Source: Synechococcus sp. MIT S1220 (GTDB lineage: Bacteria > Cyanobacteriota > Cyanobacteriia > PCC-6307 > Cyanobiaceae). Taken from it: DNA of 24,000 nucleotides. Below the pieces are notes generated by a model. The model was not told where the DNA came from. It did not search any database and saw nothing but the letters and a program-made list of their open reading frames with translations. The position numbers and the translations under genes were made by a program. Numbering within the stretch: position 1 is the first letter of the stretch; each line of letters opens with the position of its first letter. The stretch spans positions 1,379,518 to 1,403,517 of the forward strand of contig NZ_CP138939.1 of the NCBI RefSeq assembly GCF_047303025.1, written 5' to 3'. Below, in pieces: positions 15,975 through 23,834 of this stretch.

Positions 15975-16397
15975 TCATTTTCTGGCTTTTGTCTGAGGGC
16001 TTGTGACTAGGCCAATGGATTCAAATTCTGCTAATTTAGCCTTTTCAATGATACTGAAAATGACACCATATTCAATGGTCTGCTCGGCATCAATGAGTAG
16101 TTTCTTTGATGCATTTTGCTGCGTGATGATGCTGAGATCGTTGAGGAGTGTGGTTTGATTGCTTGGTTCGCTATTGATAAAGAGCTCTCCATCCTTTTTG
16201 ATGCTGACAATGACGTCATCCGAGCCGATCGTTGTGGTAGTCGTCGCCTTTGGTCGATTGATCTCCACTACTCTGTTGCTACTGAGTATCAGGCTGGAAA
16301 GAACAAAAAAAAGAAGTATGGCGAAAAGTACGTCAATCATGGGAAGAATATTGATGGTCAGATCGTTCTCCTGGTCAAATTCGTTGCCAAAATCCAT
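15975..16397 (-). CDS. exbD: ExbD/TolR-family biopolymer transport protein
   Basis: 140 aa with INILPMIDVLFAILLFFVL, a single N-terminal transmembrane helix, followed by a periplasmic domain. Lies between exbB and tonB. Confidence 0.8.
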   Translation of the reverse strand: MDFGNEFDQENDLTINILPMIDVLFAILLFFVLSSLILSSNRVVEINRPKATTTTTIGSDDVIVSIKKDGELFINSEPSNQTTLLNDLSIITQQNASKKLLIDAEQTIEYGVIFSIIEKAKLAEFESIGLVTSPQTKARK

Positions 16398-16403
16398 GGT
16401 GAG

Positions 16404-17045
16404 TTAATGTTGAATTAAAAACTGTTCTTCAAGGCTGGTTGCAAACAATTGAAGTTCGTGTTTTTGCGTTCGACTGAAACTTCGAAATAAGTTAGTAAAA
16501 GCAAGCGTAATCATTGCAATCACCAATCCAATAGCAGTTGAAACAAGAGCCTCACTGATCCCGGATATTACTACCTCTGCATTCTCCAAAGGTTGTTCAA
16601 GCCCCAGCCCTTCGAAGGAACGTATCAGACCCAGAACGGTACCCAGCAGACCCAGTAATGGCGAAATCGCGACGATGGTTGACAACGTTGCGTCGTATCG
16701 ACGCAACGGAGGACTTACACGTTGAAAACCAATTTTGATACGCCGCTGAAACGATTCAAAATCTCTTGCCTTGGTTTGAATGACAGAGCGATAGAAGATC
16801 ACCAACGGATGATTCCGTGGCTCAAAATTCAATACCGTTTCCTCTGGATAAGAAGTATGGAAATGGGCCAAGAGATTTTCTCTGACGGCTGTTTGCCTGG
16901 TAAGAGTCGTCATCCAGAAGACGAGTCGTTCAAGAATCAATGCCAGTGCAATGATGGAAACGAATCCCAGGGGGATCGAAACTACGCCGCCGATGTTGCT
17001 GAGATCCATTGCGGATGCAAAATAAAGAGCCTCAGACCAATACAT
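16404..17045 (-). CDS. exbB: ExbB/TolQ/MotA-family proton-channel protein
   Basis: 213 aa with three predicted transmembrane segments and the C-terminal family motif ISGISEALVSTAIGLVIAMITLAFTNLF. Directly upstream of exbD. Confidence 0.8.
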   Translation of the reverse strand: MYWSEALYFASAMDLSNIGGVVSIPLGFVSIIALALILERLVFWMTTLTRQTAVRENLLAHFHTSYPEETVLNFEPRNHPLVIFYRSVIQTKARDFESFQRRIKIGFQRVSPPLRRYDATLSTIVAISPLLGLLGTVLGLIRSFEGLGLEQPLENAEVVISGISEALVSTAIGLVIAMITLAFTNLFRSFSRTQKHELQLFATSLEEQFLIQH

Positions 17046-17083
17046 GTCCTGAGGCGCCTGGATGCAGAGACTATCTGCCTATT

Positions 17084-18370
17084 TTAGATGTCGGCTCCAA
17101 ATGCCCAATCACTGGGAGATAATTTAGCCACGATGTCGTAGCTGTCACCATGAGGCTTAATGATATAAGCCGTTCCTTGAGGATCAGGGTAGATATTTGT
17201 GGTGCCTTCAAAGGGATCGTCATGACCGACAAGAACAGTATTTTTCTTTTTTGGTGTTTTTGATAACATCGGTGCAATTCTGTCGTGATATATATCTAAT
17301 TGCTCGTCAGTATAGTCTTCGTAAGGCAAGAAGTTTAAATCATCAATGGCTTTCCCTTTGCCGAATGCTATTTGCGCTGTGTCGATGGCTCGTTGATATT
17401 GACTATTGCGGACGTTTCCGATCACAATGTCGTTGGCTTTGATGCCTTTTTTAATGTCGTTTGCTTCTTGAATCCCCTGGGCGCTCAGATTCCTTTGGGT
17501 TGATGGATCATTCAAATCCAGATTTGGATCAGCTTGATCGGCATAATCCGTTTCTGTTGTGGTATGTCGTAGATAGATTACATGGCCCCCTTTTTTCAAT
17601 TTCTTAAGCAATTTCTTATCGCTCAACTTGTTCTCGAAGGCATCGTTGTTGAACTCCGCTTCTGAGAAATTATTGGGTTTGCTCTTGGGACTGCCAAAAA
17701 TATCGTCTCCATTCAGATCGATGGAATGTTTCTTTTCCATCTTATGAATCCATTTGTTTGATGCTGCTTCCTCTTGTGCAGAAGCCATTCCTTCTTCCTC
17801 GCTCATTGCGAAGGCTTGCTTTCTGAATTTGTTTTTTTCATCCTTAAAAACAACGTAAGTTGTCCTTTTGTTTTTGATAATACCGGTCACTTCACCTTCC
17901 CTTGATCCACCCGGACGCGGAGCGTCGAACAGGCTGGTATAGATATTTTTCTCGTCATTCATCCACAGTGGCTTGAACATTTTGGGTTCTGCCATGCGTG
18001 CAAGACCGTATTCGGCTAGGCCGATGCGATGGGTTCCACCCAGGTAGTACAGGCCCATTCCTGAGTTACCGCGTCGCCCGTCGTGATAAGTGACGTAGAC
18101 AGGATCTCCATCACCAGCGCCTGGAGCCCCCCCAGCACCTGGAGGCCCCCCAGCACTTGGAGGCCCTCCAGCACTTGGAGATTCTCCACCCGAATTTCCA
18201 GCCGCTGGAGGTCCTGCAGAGGGAGGAGTGGATTCATCGTCTTTTTCGTCGTCTTCAGTTGCATTACAGAACTCGAAGCCATCCACAGGAGGATGTCCAT
18301 CAGGAAGGCAACCACCTCCATCAGGTGAAACGGGTGGATGGCCTTCAGGTAATGTGATGCCTGTAGACAT
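17084..18370 (-). CDS. Multidomain protein: duplicated GHPPV/Cys motif, Gly/Pro repeat linker, unknown middle domain, C-terminal histidine-phosphatase (His_Phos_1/PGAM-like) domain
   Basis: 428 aa. The C-terminal domain (aa ~262-420, nt 17111-17587) carries VIYLRHTTTE (RHG-type catalytic motif), NLSAQGIQEA, NSQYQRAIDTAQI and LVGHDD (second catalytic His). The N-terminus is MSTGITLPEGHPPVSPDGGGCLPDGHPPVDGFEFC followed by (PSAGG)n. No signal peptide is evident. It is the first gene of the minus-strand string ending in exbB-exbD-tonB, with a 38-nt gap to exbB. Confidence 0.55.
   Translation of the reverse strand: MSTGITLPEGHPPVSPDGGGCLPDGHPPVDGFEFCNATEDDEKDDESTPPSAGPPAAGNSGGESPSAGGPPSAGGPPGAGGAPGAGDGDPVYVTYHDGRRGNSGMGLYYLGGTHRIGLAEYGLARMAEPKMFKPLWMNDEKNIYTSLFDAPRPGGSREGEVTGIIKNKRTTYVVFKDEKNKFRKQAFAMSEEEGMASAQEEAASNKWIHKMEKKHSIDLNGDDIFGSPKSKPNNFSEAEFNNDAFENKLSDKKLLKKLKKGGHVIYLRHTTTETDYADQADPNLDLNDPSTQRNLSAQGIQEANDIKKGIKANDIVIGNVRNSQYQRAIDTAQIAFGKGKAIDDLNFLPYEDYTDEQLDIYHDRIAPMLSKTPKKKNTVLVGHDDPFEGTTNIYPDPQGTAYIIKPHGDSYDIVAKLSPSDWAFGADI
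18114..18185. repeat. 18-bp imperfect tandem repeat x4, in frame within the phosphatase-family gene
   Basis: On the + strand: CCAGCGCCTGGAGCCCCC / CCAGCACCTGGAGGCCCC / CCAGCACTTGGAGGCCCT / CCAGCACTTGGAGATTCT. On the - strand these encode the hexapeptide units ESPSAG-GPPSAG-GPPGAG-GAPGAG. Confidence 0.85.
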
Positions 18371-18682
18371 TGAATTGAAAACACTTAGTCATATTTATGC
18401 TTAAGGACCCCCAAGAAGAATGCCACACTTTATTTCACAGCCGCATGTATAAAAATTTACGGATTGAATATTGATTTCGCCTCGTATTGGCTTTTTGTAG
18501 CATGACTCTGGTCAACTGCATTTGCTCTAAGTCAATCAGGTTGCTCCCTTTATATAAAGAGCCTCGAGCCATCGATGAAATCGTTACTTCAAACTCTTTT
18601 CATTGGGTGGGTCTGGTCCAGATTCCTGGCATTGAGGATTGAAATTGCAAAGGATACTCGTAATCACATTGCCGGTTTGTCC

Positions 18683-19663
18683 ATGAAATTCATTTCATTT
18701 CTTGGATTGCTGTGGATATTAGCCATTGTTTTTGTTTTATCATTATGTGTCGGTGATTCGCCGATTGGGTTTGAGGACCTGTGGGATTATGTCTCAGGAA
18801 CTTCCTCCTCAGAGACAACTGTCTTGGTGATTCGTGATATTCGCTTGCCTCGCACCTTGGCAGCCTTGTTGACGGGATCTGCTCTGGGCGTTTCAGGGGC
18901 AATGCTTCAAGGAATGCTTCGTAATCCGTTGGCCAGTCCATTCTTGCTCGGCATTTCTTCGGGCTCAGGAGTCTGTGTCGTTATTCTTTTTTCCTTGAAT
19001 AGTTTGGCTTATTGGATCCCACTGGGTGCATGGTTGGGTGCTGTGGTGTCGGCGTTAATCGTTTTTTGTATTGCTTATGATCAAAAGAGGATTTCCCTGG
19101 AACGATTGATTCTCTCAGGAGTCGCTGTCAGTAGTGTTTTGGGATCTGTGCAAGCTATTTTTCTCTTGCGCTCGGATGATACACGCATTCAGAATTCTTT
19201 AACCTGGTTGTCCGGAACATTGGCTGGCCGTGAGTGGGGCGATTTAACTTTTACATGGATTCCAATCGTCGTATGTTTATTGTGCTCCTTTGTTTTCGCT
19301 AAACAACTTAATTTGGCATTGCTTGATGATGATACCAGCCGATCCTTAGGCCTGTCTTTAACACGACTCAGGATTTTGATTGGTGTTTGCGCAACTCTGC
19401 TGACATCCTGTTCTGTATGTATTGCGGGACTGGTCGGTTTTGTCGGTTTGGTGATTCCTCACATAGCACGTTTACTCTGCGGTGGTAATTTTGTTTATGT
19501 TTTGCCATTCTCTGGGGTCTTGGGCGCACTCACTGTTGTAGTAGGTGATCTGATCGCAAGAATGTATCTCTGGGAGCTTCCAGTCGGTATTGTGACAGCA
19601 CTATTTGGTTCGCCATTTTTTATCTATCTATTGAGAAAACGCCGAATGGAAGGGAGTGTCTAA
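18683..19663 (+). CDS. ABC importer permease, FecCD/BtuC/HmuU family (single permease gene)
   Basis: Family motifs IRLPRTLAALLTGSALGVSGAMLQGMLRNPLASPFLLGISSGSG, GLVGFVGLVIPHIARLL and ELPVGIVTALFGSPFFIYLL. The ORF is open from the ATG at 18575. The ATG at 18683 (MKFISFLGLLWILAIVFVLSLCVGD...) gives a 326-aa protein with the usual family architecture. Confidence 0.85.
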   Translation: MKFISFLGLLWILAIVFVLSLCVGDSPIGFEDLWDYVSGTSSSETTVLVIRDIRLPRTLAALLTGSALGVSGAMLQGMLRNPLASPFLLGISSGSGVCVVILFSLNSLAYWIPLGAWLGAVVSALIVFCIAYDQKRISLERLILSGVAVSSVLGSVQAIFLLRSDDTRIQNSLTWLSGTLAGREWGDLTFTWIPIVVCLLCSFVFAKQLNLALLDDDTSRSLGLSLTRLRILIGVCATLLTSCSVCIAGLVGFVGLVIPHIARLLCGGNFVYVLPFSGVLGALTVVVGDLIARMYLWELPVGIVTALFGSPFFIYLLRKRRMEGSV

Positions 19664-20421
19664 TGGAGGATCTATCTTTATCTGACGTCTCTTATTCTAT
19701 AAATTCTAATTCAATCCTTGAGAAGATTTCGTTTTCTGTTGGTCCTGGGGATTGGCTTTGTATCGCTGGATGCAATGGTTCAGGAAAATCCACGTTGTTG
19801 AGATTGATGGCAGGTTTAATTGGTCCTAGTCATGGTTGCATTCAATTTGGGGGCACAGCTTTTAAGGACTTGCCTGATAAAGATAAAAAAATTTCGATTC
19901 TCTCCCAGCGTTCCAATGTCAATGCATGCTTGACGGTTCAAGATCTTGTGTGTTTAGGACGTTATCCCTATTTGCCGAGCTGGGGTGTCCGTTTTTCCGA
20001 GGCTGATTGGGAGCAGGTTAGTTATGCCATCGATTTTGTTGGTTTGAATGATCTGCGTGATCGTTCGCTTGATTCATTGTCTGGTGGAGAAAGACAGCGA
20101 GCTTTTTTAGCCCTTTCTTTGGCACAGAATGGATCCATTCTGCTTTTGGACGAACCTACCAATCATCTGGATATTGTTGCACAAAATCAGATTTTGAATC
20201 TTTTGGAGAAAATGGCCAATTCCGGAAAGATTATTGTTTCCGTATTCCATGATCTGAATCATATTTCGAGGTATTCCTCTCATCTTGCCTTGATGCGCCA
20301 AGGTCAGTTGCTTGAGTTCGGTCCCACGGATCATGTGTTTCGTTCACAGTCGTTGAGTGAAACATTTGGTCTGGCTATTCGTGTTGTTGAGCATGAGGGG
20401 CAACGGTGCGCTCTGTATTGA
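19663..20421 (+). CDS. ABC importer ATPase, FecE/FhuC/BtuD/HmuV family
   Basis: Walker A GCNGSGKST, signature LSGGERQR, Walker B ILLLDEPTNHLD, H-loop VFHDLN. The start overlaps the permease stop by 1 nt (TAATG at 19661-19665). Confidence 0.9.
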   Translation: MEDLSLSDVSYSINSNSILEKISFSVGPGDWLCIAGCNGSGKSTLLRLMAGLIGPSHGCIQFGGTAFKDLPDKDKKISILSQRSNVNACLTVQDLVCLGRYPYLPSWGVRFSEADWEQVSYAIDFVGLNDLRDRSLDSLSGGERQRAFLALSLAQNGSILLLDEPTNHLDIVAQNQILNLLEKMANSGKIIVSVFHDLNHISRYSSHLALMRQGQLLEFGPTDHVFRSQSLSETFGLAIRVVEHEGQRCALY

Positions 20422-20461
20422 GACATTACTTGTTGGATAGCTCAATCGTGGCTGGTCACGG

Positions 20462-21412
20462 ATGAATATATGGTGTTGTTTTTATCACATTGTCATGCTT
20501 ATTTTGTTCGATCGGGGGTCAGTTATTGGTATAAAATTAATTCCATTGGTTTATGAAATTGTGGCTTATTTGTATCCATTCCTTTCGGTTTTGCTCGTTT
20601 TCTTTTGGCTTCCACCTTTGCGGGCGCAAGGGGAGATCGACATCAGTCGTTCTGGCCGACAGGTGAGCCGTGTGGTTGCCTTGACTTCACTGTCTGCTGA
20701 CATGGTTGTGTCACTGGATCCTGGAGTCCTGGTTGGTGTTCCAGGCACTTCTCTGACCAACAACGACTCGCGTTTCAAAGGTATGAAGCGCATTTCTTCT
20801 GGCAGAAGTCAGCCAAGCCTGGAGGCCATTGTGGCCCTTAAGCCTGATCTTGTGGTGGGCGCAGATGGTTTCCACTCCAAGATCTTGAATGGTTTGAATG
20901 GCTTAGGCATTGCAACTCTTTCTTTAAGGATTGATCGCTGGAATCGTCTGGAGGAAGCGGCTCAGTTGCTGCGTCAGCGTATTTCCAATTCCGATGTTCT
21001 CGAACAAAAACTGGCTGACATCTGCCCTGCTGTCTCTGGTGTTGCGAAGCCGTCGCGATCGCGTGTGTTGATTCTTGTTGGGGTGTCGCCCAAGCTTTCG
21101 CCTTCTTCAGATAGTTGGTCTGGGTCTCTGCTTGCCAGGCACGGTCTAATCAACGTCACTCAGGGGCTTTCGGGGGGGAGTGAGTTTTCGGGCTATATCA
21201 CCATGTCAAACGAGCGTTTGTTGACCGTTGATGCTGACACGGTTCTTGCTGTAAACCCTTCAGGTGGTGCAAAACAATTGCGACAATTAATTCGGCAATT
21301 TTTACCTAAAGTCAAGTCAAAAAATGTTGTCAAAATGGATTATTATGGATTGATCAATCCTGGAAGTTTAGGAAGCATTGCCTCTGCTTGTAAGCGTCTT
21401 CGGGCTTTGTAA
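20462..21412 (+). CDS. Periplasmic substrate-binding protein, cluster A / FecB-BtuF-HmuT type
   Basis: RVVALTSLSADMVVSL..., LEAIVALKPDLVVGA... and VLILVGVSP... are typical of metal-chelate binding proteins. The start is uncertain: ATG at 20462, ATG at 20495 or GTG at 20561. The last gives VAYLYPFLSVLLVFFWLPPLRAQG, a plausible signal peptide. Confidence 0.7.
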   Translation: MNIWCCFYHIVMLILFDRGSVIGIKLIPLVYEIVAYLYPFLSVLLVFFWLPPLRAQGEIDISRSGRQVSRVVALTSLSADMVVSLDPGVLVGVPGTSLTNNDSRFKGMKRISSGRSQPSLEAIVALKPDLVVGADGFHSKILNGLNGLGIATLSLRIDRWNRLEEAAQLLRQRISNSDVLEQKLADICPAVSGVAKPSRSRVLILVGVSPKLSPSSDSWSGSLLARHGLINVTQGLSGGSEFSGYITMSNERLLTVDADTVLAVNPSGGAKQLRQLIRQFLPKVKSKNVVKMDYYGLINPGSLGSIASACKRLRAL

Positions 21413-21495
21413 ACATATGGCTGGAGGCGGAGTGGATGTTGTTCAAGCTTGCTCGTCTCACTCTTGTAGGTTAAAGACCAGCGGTATGGCCTCAT

Positions 21496-21512
21496 ATGGG
21501 TTGGAAGGAGCG
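21496..21512 (+). repeat. Right copy of the imperfect direct repeat flanking the island
   Basis: ATGGGTTGGAAGGAGCG begins at the ATG of the acRAF-like gene. See the left copy at 10191-10211. Confidence 0.45.
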
Positions 21513-21744
21513 CAGGAGGCCGGTGTGTCTTGAAAGGCGCTATGAGTTTGAGAGCTACAACGCGACACGGGATTTCCTGGATCGGCTTGGGCTTCATAGT
21601 GAGGCCACGCAGCGCTTTCCGGATATCAGCTTTGGTCGAACATATGTGAACATCACACTCCGTCCTGAGGATGACGGAGATTCCGCCCAGATAGCTGATG
21701 CGGATCATTCGTTCGCGGCTGAGATCGATGCCCTGCTCGATTGA
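21496..21744 (+). CDS. Pterin-4a-carbinolamine-dehydratase-like protein lacking the catalytic histidines (acRAF-type Rubisco assembly factor candidate)
   Basis: 82 aa. [47 protein letters not shown] aligns with the PCD fold, but the DHHPE motif reads QRFPD and the downstream STH reads RPE. Position next to cbbX and the cso genes fits the alpha-carboxysome-associated PCD-like family. Confidence 0.7.
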   Translation: MGWKERRRPVCLERRYEFESYNATRDFLDRLGLHSEATQRFPDISFGRTYVNITLRPEDDGDSAQIADADHSFAAEIDALLD

Positions 21745-22633
21745 TCTTGCCGCTGCTTATGCCGATTCCGGTGTGGCTGAGGTGCTGGAGCAGCTTGATC
21801 TTGAGCTCATCGGCTTGACTCCGGTCAAGACTCGGATCCGCGAAATCGCAGCCTTATTGCTTGTGGATCAGGCCAGGCAGCAGCTGGATTTGCCCAGCAC
21901 GGCGCCCAGCCTGCACATGTCATTCACCGGTCGTCCCGGTACGGGTAAGACGACCGTGGCCCAGAGGATGTCGCAGATTCTGCACCGGCTTGGTTACCTG
22001 CGTAAAGGCCACGTGGTCACGGCGACCCGAGATGATCTGGTGGGGCAGTACGTGGGCCATACAGCTCCAAAGACGAAGGAGATGCTCAAGCGTGCTCAGG
22101 GTGGTGTGCTGTTCATCGATGAGGCCTACTACCTCTACAAACCAGACAATGAGCGTGACTACGGCGCTGAGGCGATCGAAATCCTCCTGCAGGAAATGGA
22201 GAATCAGCGCAGTGATGTGGTGGTGATCTTTGCGGGGTACAAGGATCGAATGGAGACTTTCTACAGCTCCAATCCGGGCCTTTCCTCACGGGTGACACAT
22301 CATCTCGATTTCCTTGACTACAGCAATGACGAGCTGATGGCCATTGCCGGATTGCTTCTTGAAGCGCAGCACTACCGCTTCAGCCATGAAGCCTGTAACG
22401 CGTTCTCCGACTACATCTCGCTCAGGCGAGCATTGCCGTTCTTCGCCAATGCTCGTTCCATCCGCAATGCCATTGATCGGGCCAGGTTGCGTCAGGCCAA
22501 CCGCCTTTTCGCTCGGATGGGGGAGGAGCTCACCAAGGAGGACCTGATCACGATTGAAGCAGCAGATATCAAGGGGAGTCGGGTGTTTCAGGGGCAGGTT
22601 GAGGGGCACCACCCAGTGGCACAAAGTGACTGA
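21728..22633 (+). CDS. cbbX: CbbX AAA+ protein (red-type Rubisco activase family)
   Basis: Near-colinear with my recollection of the Rhodobacter CbbX sequence (unchecked). Shared blocks: [43 protein letters not shown], Walker [12 protein letters not shown], Walker [44 protein letters not shown]. The ORF is open from 21698. The ATG at 21728 (MPCSIDL...) fits homolog N-termini and overlaps the preceding gene by 17 nt. Confidence 0.9.
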   Translation: MPCSIDLAAAYADSGVAEVLEQLDLELIGLTPVKTRIREIAALLLVDQARQQLDLPSTAPSLHMSFTGRPGTGKTTVAQRMSQILHRLGYLRKGHVVTATRDDLVGQYVGHTAPKTKEMLKRAQGGVLFIDEAYYLYKPDNERDYGAEAIEILLQEMENQRSDVVVIFAGYKDRMETFYSSNPGLSSRVTHHLDFLDYSNDELMAIAGLLLEAQHYRFSHEACNAFSDYISLRRALPFFANARSIRNAIDRARLRQANRLFARMGEELTKEDLITIEAADIKGSRVFQGQVEGHHPVAQSD

Positions 22634-23834
22634 TCATTTCGCCCACCACCACGCCAACCAAGGCTCCCGTGGCGCCATGACCTTGCAGGAGCAACACAGT
22701 CAGAACGAGCACAGAGACCCGGGCCCGCAGCATCACCTTGTAGAAGGCCGCAGTGAGTCCCCCACACCAACTCCCAAGGGTTCCCACCTCTGGGAACAGT
22801 TGATGCAGGGCGCTGCCGAAGGCACAGGCAATCAAAAACACAGGGAAGAAGATGCCGCCGCGCCAGCCTGTTTCCAGGCAGAGGCCAAGCATCAGCAACT
22901 TGATCAGTCCAGACAGCATCAGGACGACCACCTGGCTGCGATTCACCCCTTCCAGCAATGGACGGAGTTGTTCTTCACCTGCAAATGGCACAAGGGGAAG
23001 CCAATGCATCATCGCGCCAAGCAGGAGCCCCGTAATCACCGGCCACCATCGCCAGTGGGCAAGAAGGTGACGCCGCTGAAGAGTGCCCCGCCAGGACCGC
23101 AGTAGAAGGCCCAAAGCACTGCCGATGAGGCCGGCAATGATTGCCGAGCCCAGCGTTCCAATGTCTTCACCCGGGTCGGTGGGCCACATGTATGGCATGG
23201 CCCGGAGCGATCCACCCGTTACCTCATCAATGCCATGGAACAGCACAAAACCGCCCATACCTCCGATCGTGCCTGGAATCCAGCGTCGGATCAGATCCCC
23301 ATGCTGCTCACTGACAACGGCCCCACCCAGCAAAGGGGCCCCGAAGAGGCCAAGGGAGCCGGCAACACTGGCGTTCTGAAGATCCTGATCCCGGCCCTGC
23401 CAGATGCGTTGACTGCTGAGAGCTGCGATTCGCGTCATCAACGCTTCCGGACCGGACACTCCGCCTCCCACCAGCGCCACGATCGCTCCTGCAATCGCCT
23501 TCAAGTTGTCTCGCGGTGGAGCGTCTTCGGGGTGATTCAGATCGTGGAGTGTTTCAGGCAGTTCCGGAAGCAGGGTTTTTTCACCCCCGCGATGGATCAG
23601 GGCGAGCAAAGCTCCGAAGCCACCGCACACCCCCAAAGACCAAGCGAGAGGGATGGTGTAGTCCAGGCCCTGTTCGGTGGGATCCCCCCAAAGCGTTTTG
23701 GTGACTATTCCGACGCCTCCCATGATCAGAGCGGTGATTGCGCCACTGATCGCACCTGTCAAGAGAGCGATCAGTGCCTGCCGGACGACGGGGGGAAGGA
23801 TCAGAGAACGGCTGCTCACCCGAGATCGAGCCAC
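22569..23834 (-). CDS. ClC-family (voltage-gated chloride channel-like) membrane protein, divergent
   Basis: 421-aa polytopic protein with [11 protein letters not shown] (GREGP-like), [12 protein letters not shown] (FNAPLAG-like) and GGIFFPVFL (GxFxP) motifs in the ClC order. A clear GSGIP motif was not recognised. Confidence 0.55.
   Translation of the reverse strand: MARSRVSSRSLILPPVVRQALIALLTGAISGAITALIMGGVGIVTKTLWGDPTEQGLDYTIPLAWSLGVCGGFGALLALIHRGGEKTLLPELPETLHDLNHPEDAPPRDNLKAIAGAIVALVGGGVSGPEALMTRIAALSSQRIWQGRDQDLQNASVAGSLGLFGAPLLGGAVVSEQHGDLIRRWIPGTIGGMGGFVLFHGIDEVTGGSLRAMPYMWPTDPGEDIGTLGSAIIAGLIGSALGLLLRSWRGTLQRRHLLAHWRWWPVITGLLLGAMMHWLPLVPFAGEEQLRPLLEGVNRSQVVVLMLSGLIKLLMLGLCLETGWRGGIFFPVFLIACAFGSALHQLFPEVGTLGSWCGGLTAAFYKVMLRARVSVLVLTVLLLQGHGATGALVGVVVGEMISHFVPLGGAPQPAPETPDSP

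Larger units (their letters stand above)
10212..21495. other. Low-GC genomic island (~11.3 kb) with no recognisable mobility genes
   Basis: GC counted on sampled 60-nt lines. Flanks: 301-360 = 40/60, 9001-9060 = 37/60. Inside: 11101-11160 = 22/60, 13561-13620 = 19/60, 19081-19140 = 26/60. The gene content (TonB-dependent uptake) is unrelated to the flanking carbon-fixation genes. Confidence 0.8.

Noticed and set aside
18016-18384. 122-aa minus-strand ORF and 81-aa plus-strand ORF (18083-18328) overlapping the 5' part of the phosphatase-family gene.
   Set aside because: They are alternative-frame readings of the GC-rich Gly/Pro tandem repeat. The 428-aa frame continues into a recognisable His_Phos_1 domain.
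18371-18682. Looked for Fur-box or other palindromic operators in the divergent region between the phosphatase-exbBD-tonB operon and the ABC operon (e.g. TTGAAATTGCAA at ~18639, GATTGAATATTGATTTC at ~18462).
   Set aside because: Only weak, imperfect palindromes in AT-rich sequence. No match is good enough to call.
10212-21495. Searched the island translations for integrase, transposase or recombinase motifs, inverted terminal repeats, tRNA genes and CRISPR-like spaced repeats.
   Set aside because: None seen. The only candidate boundary signal is the short imperfect direct repeat, which is reported separately.
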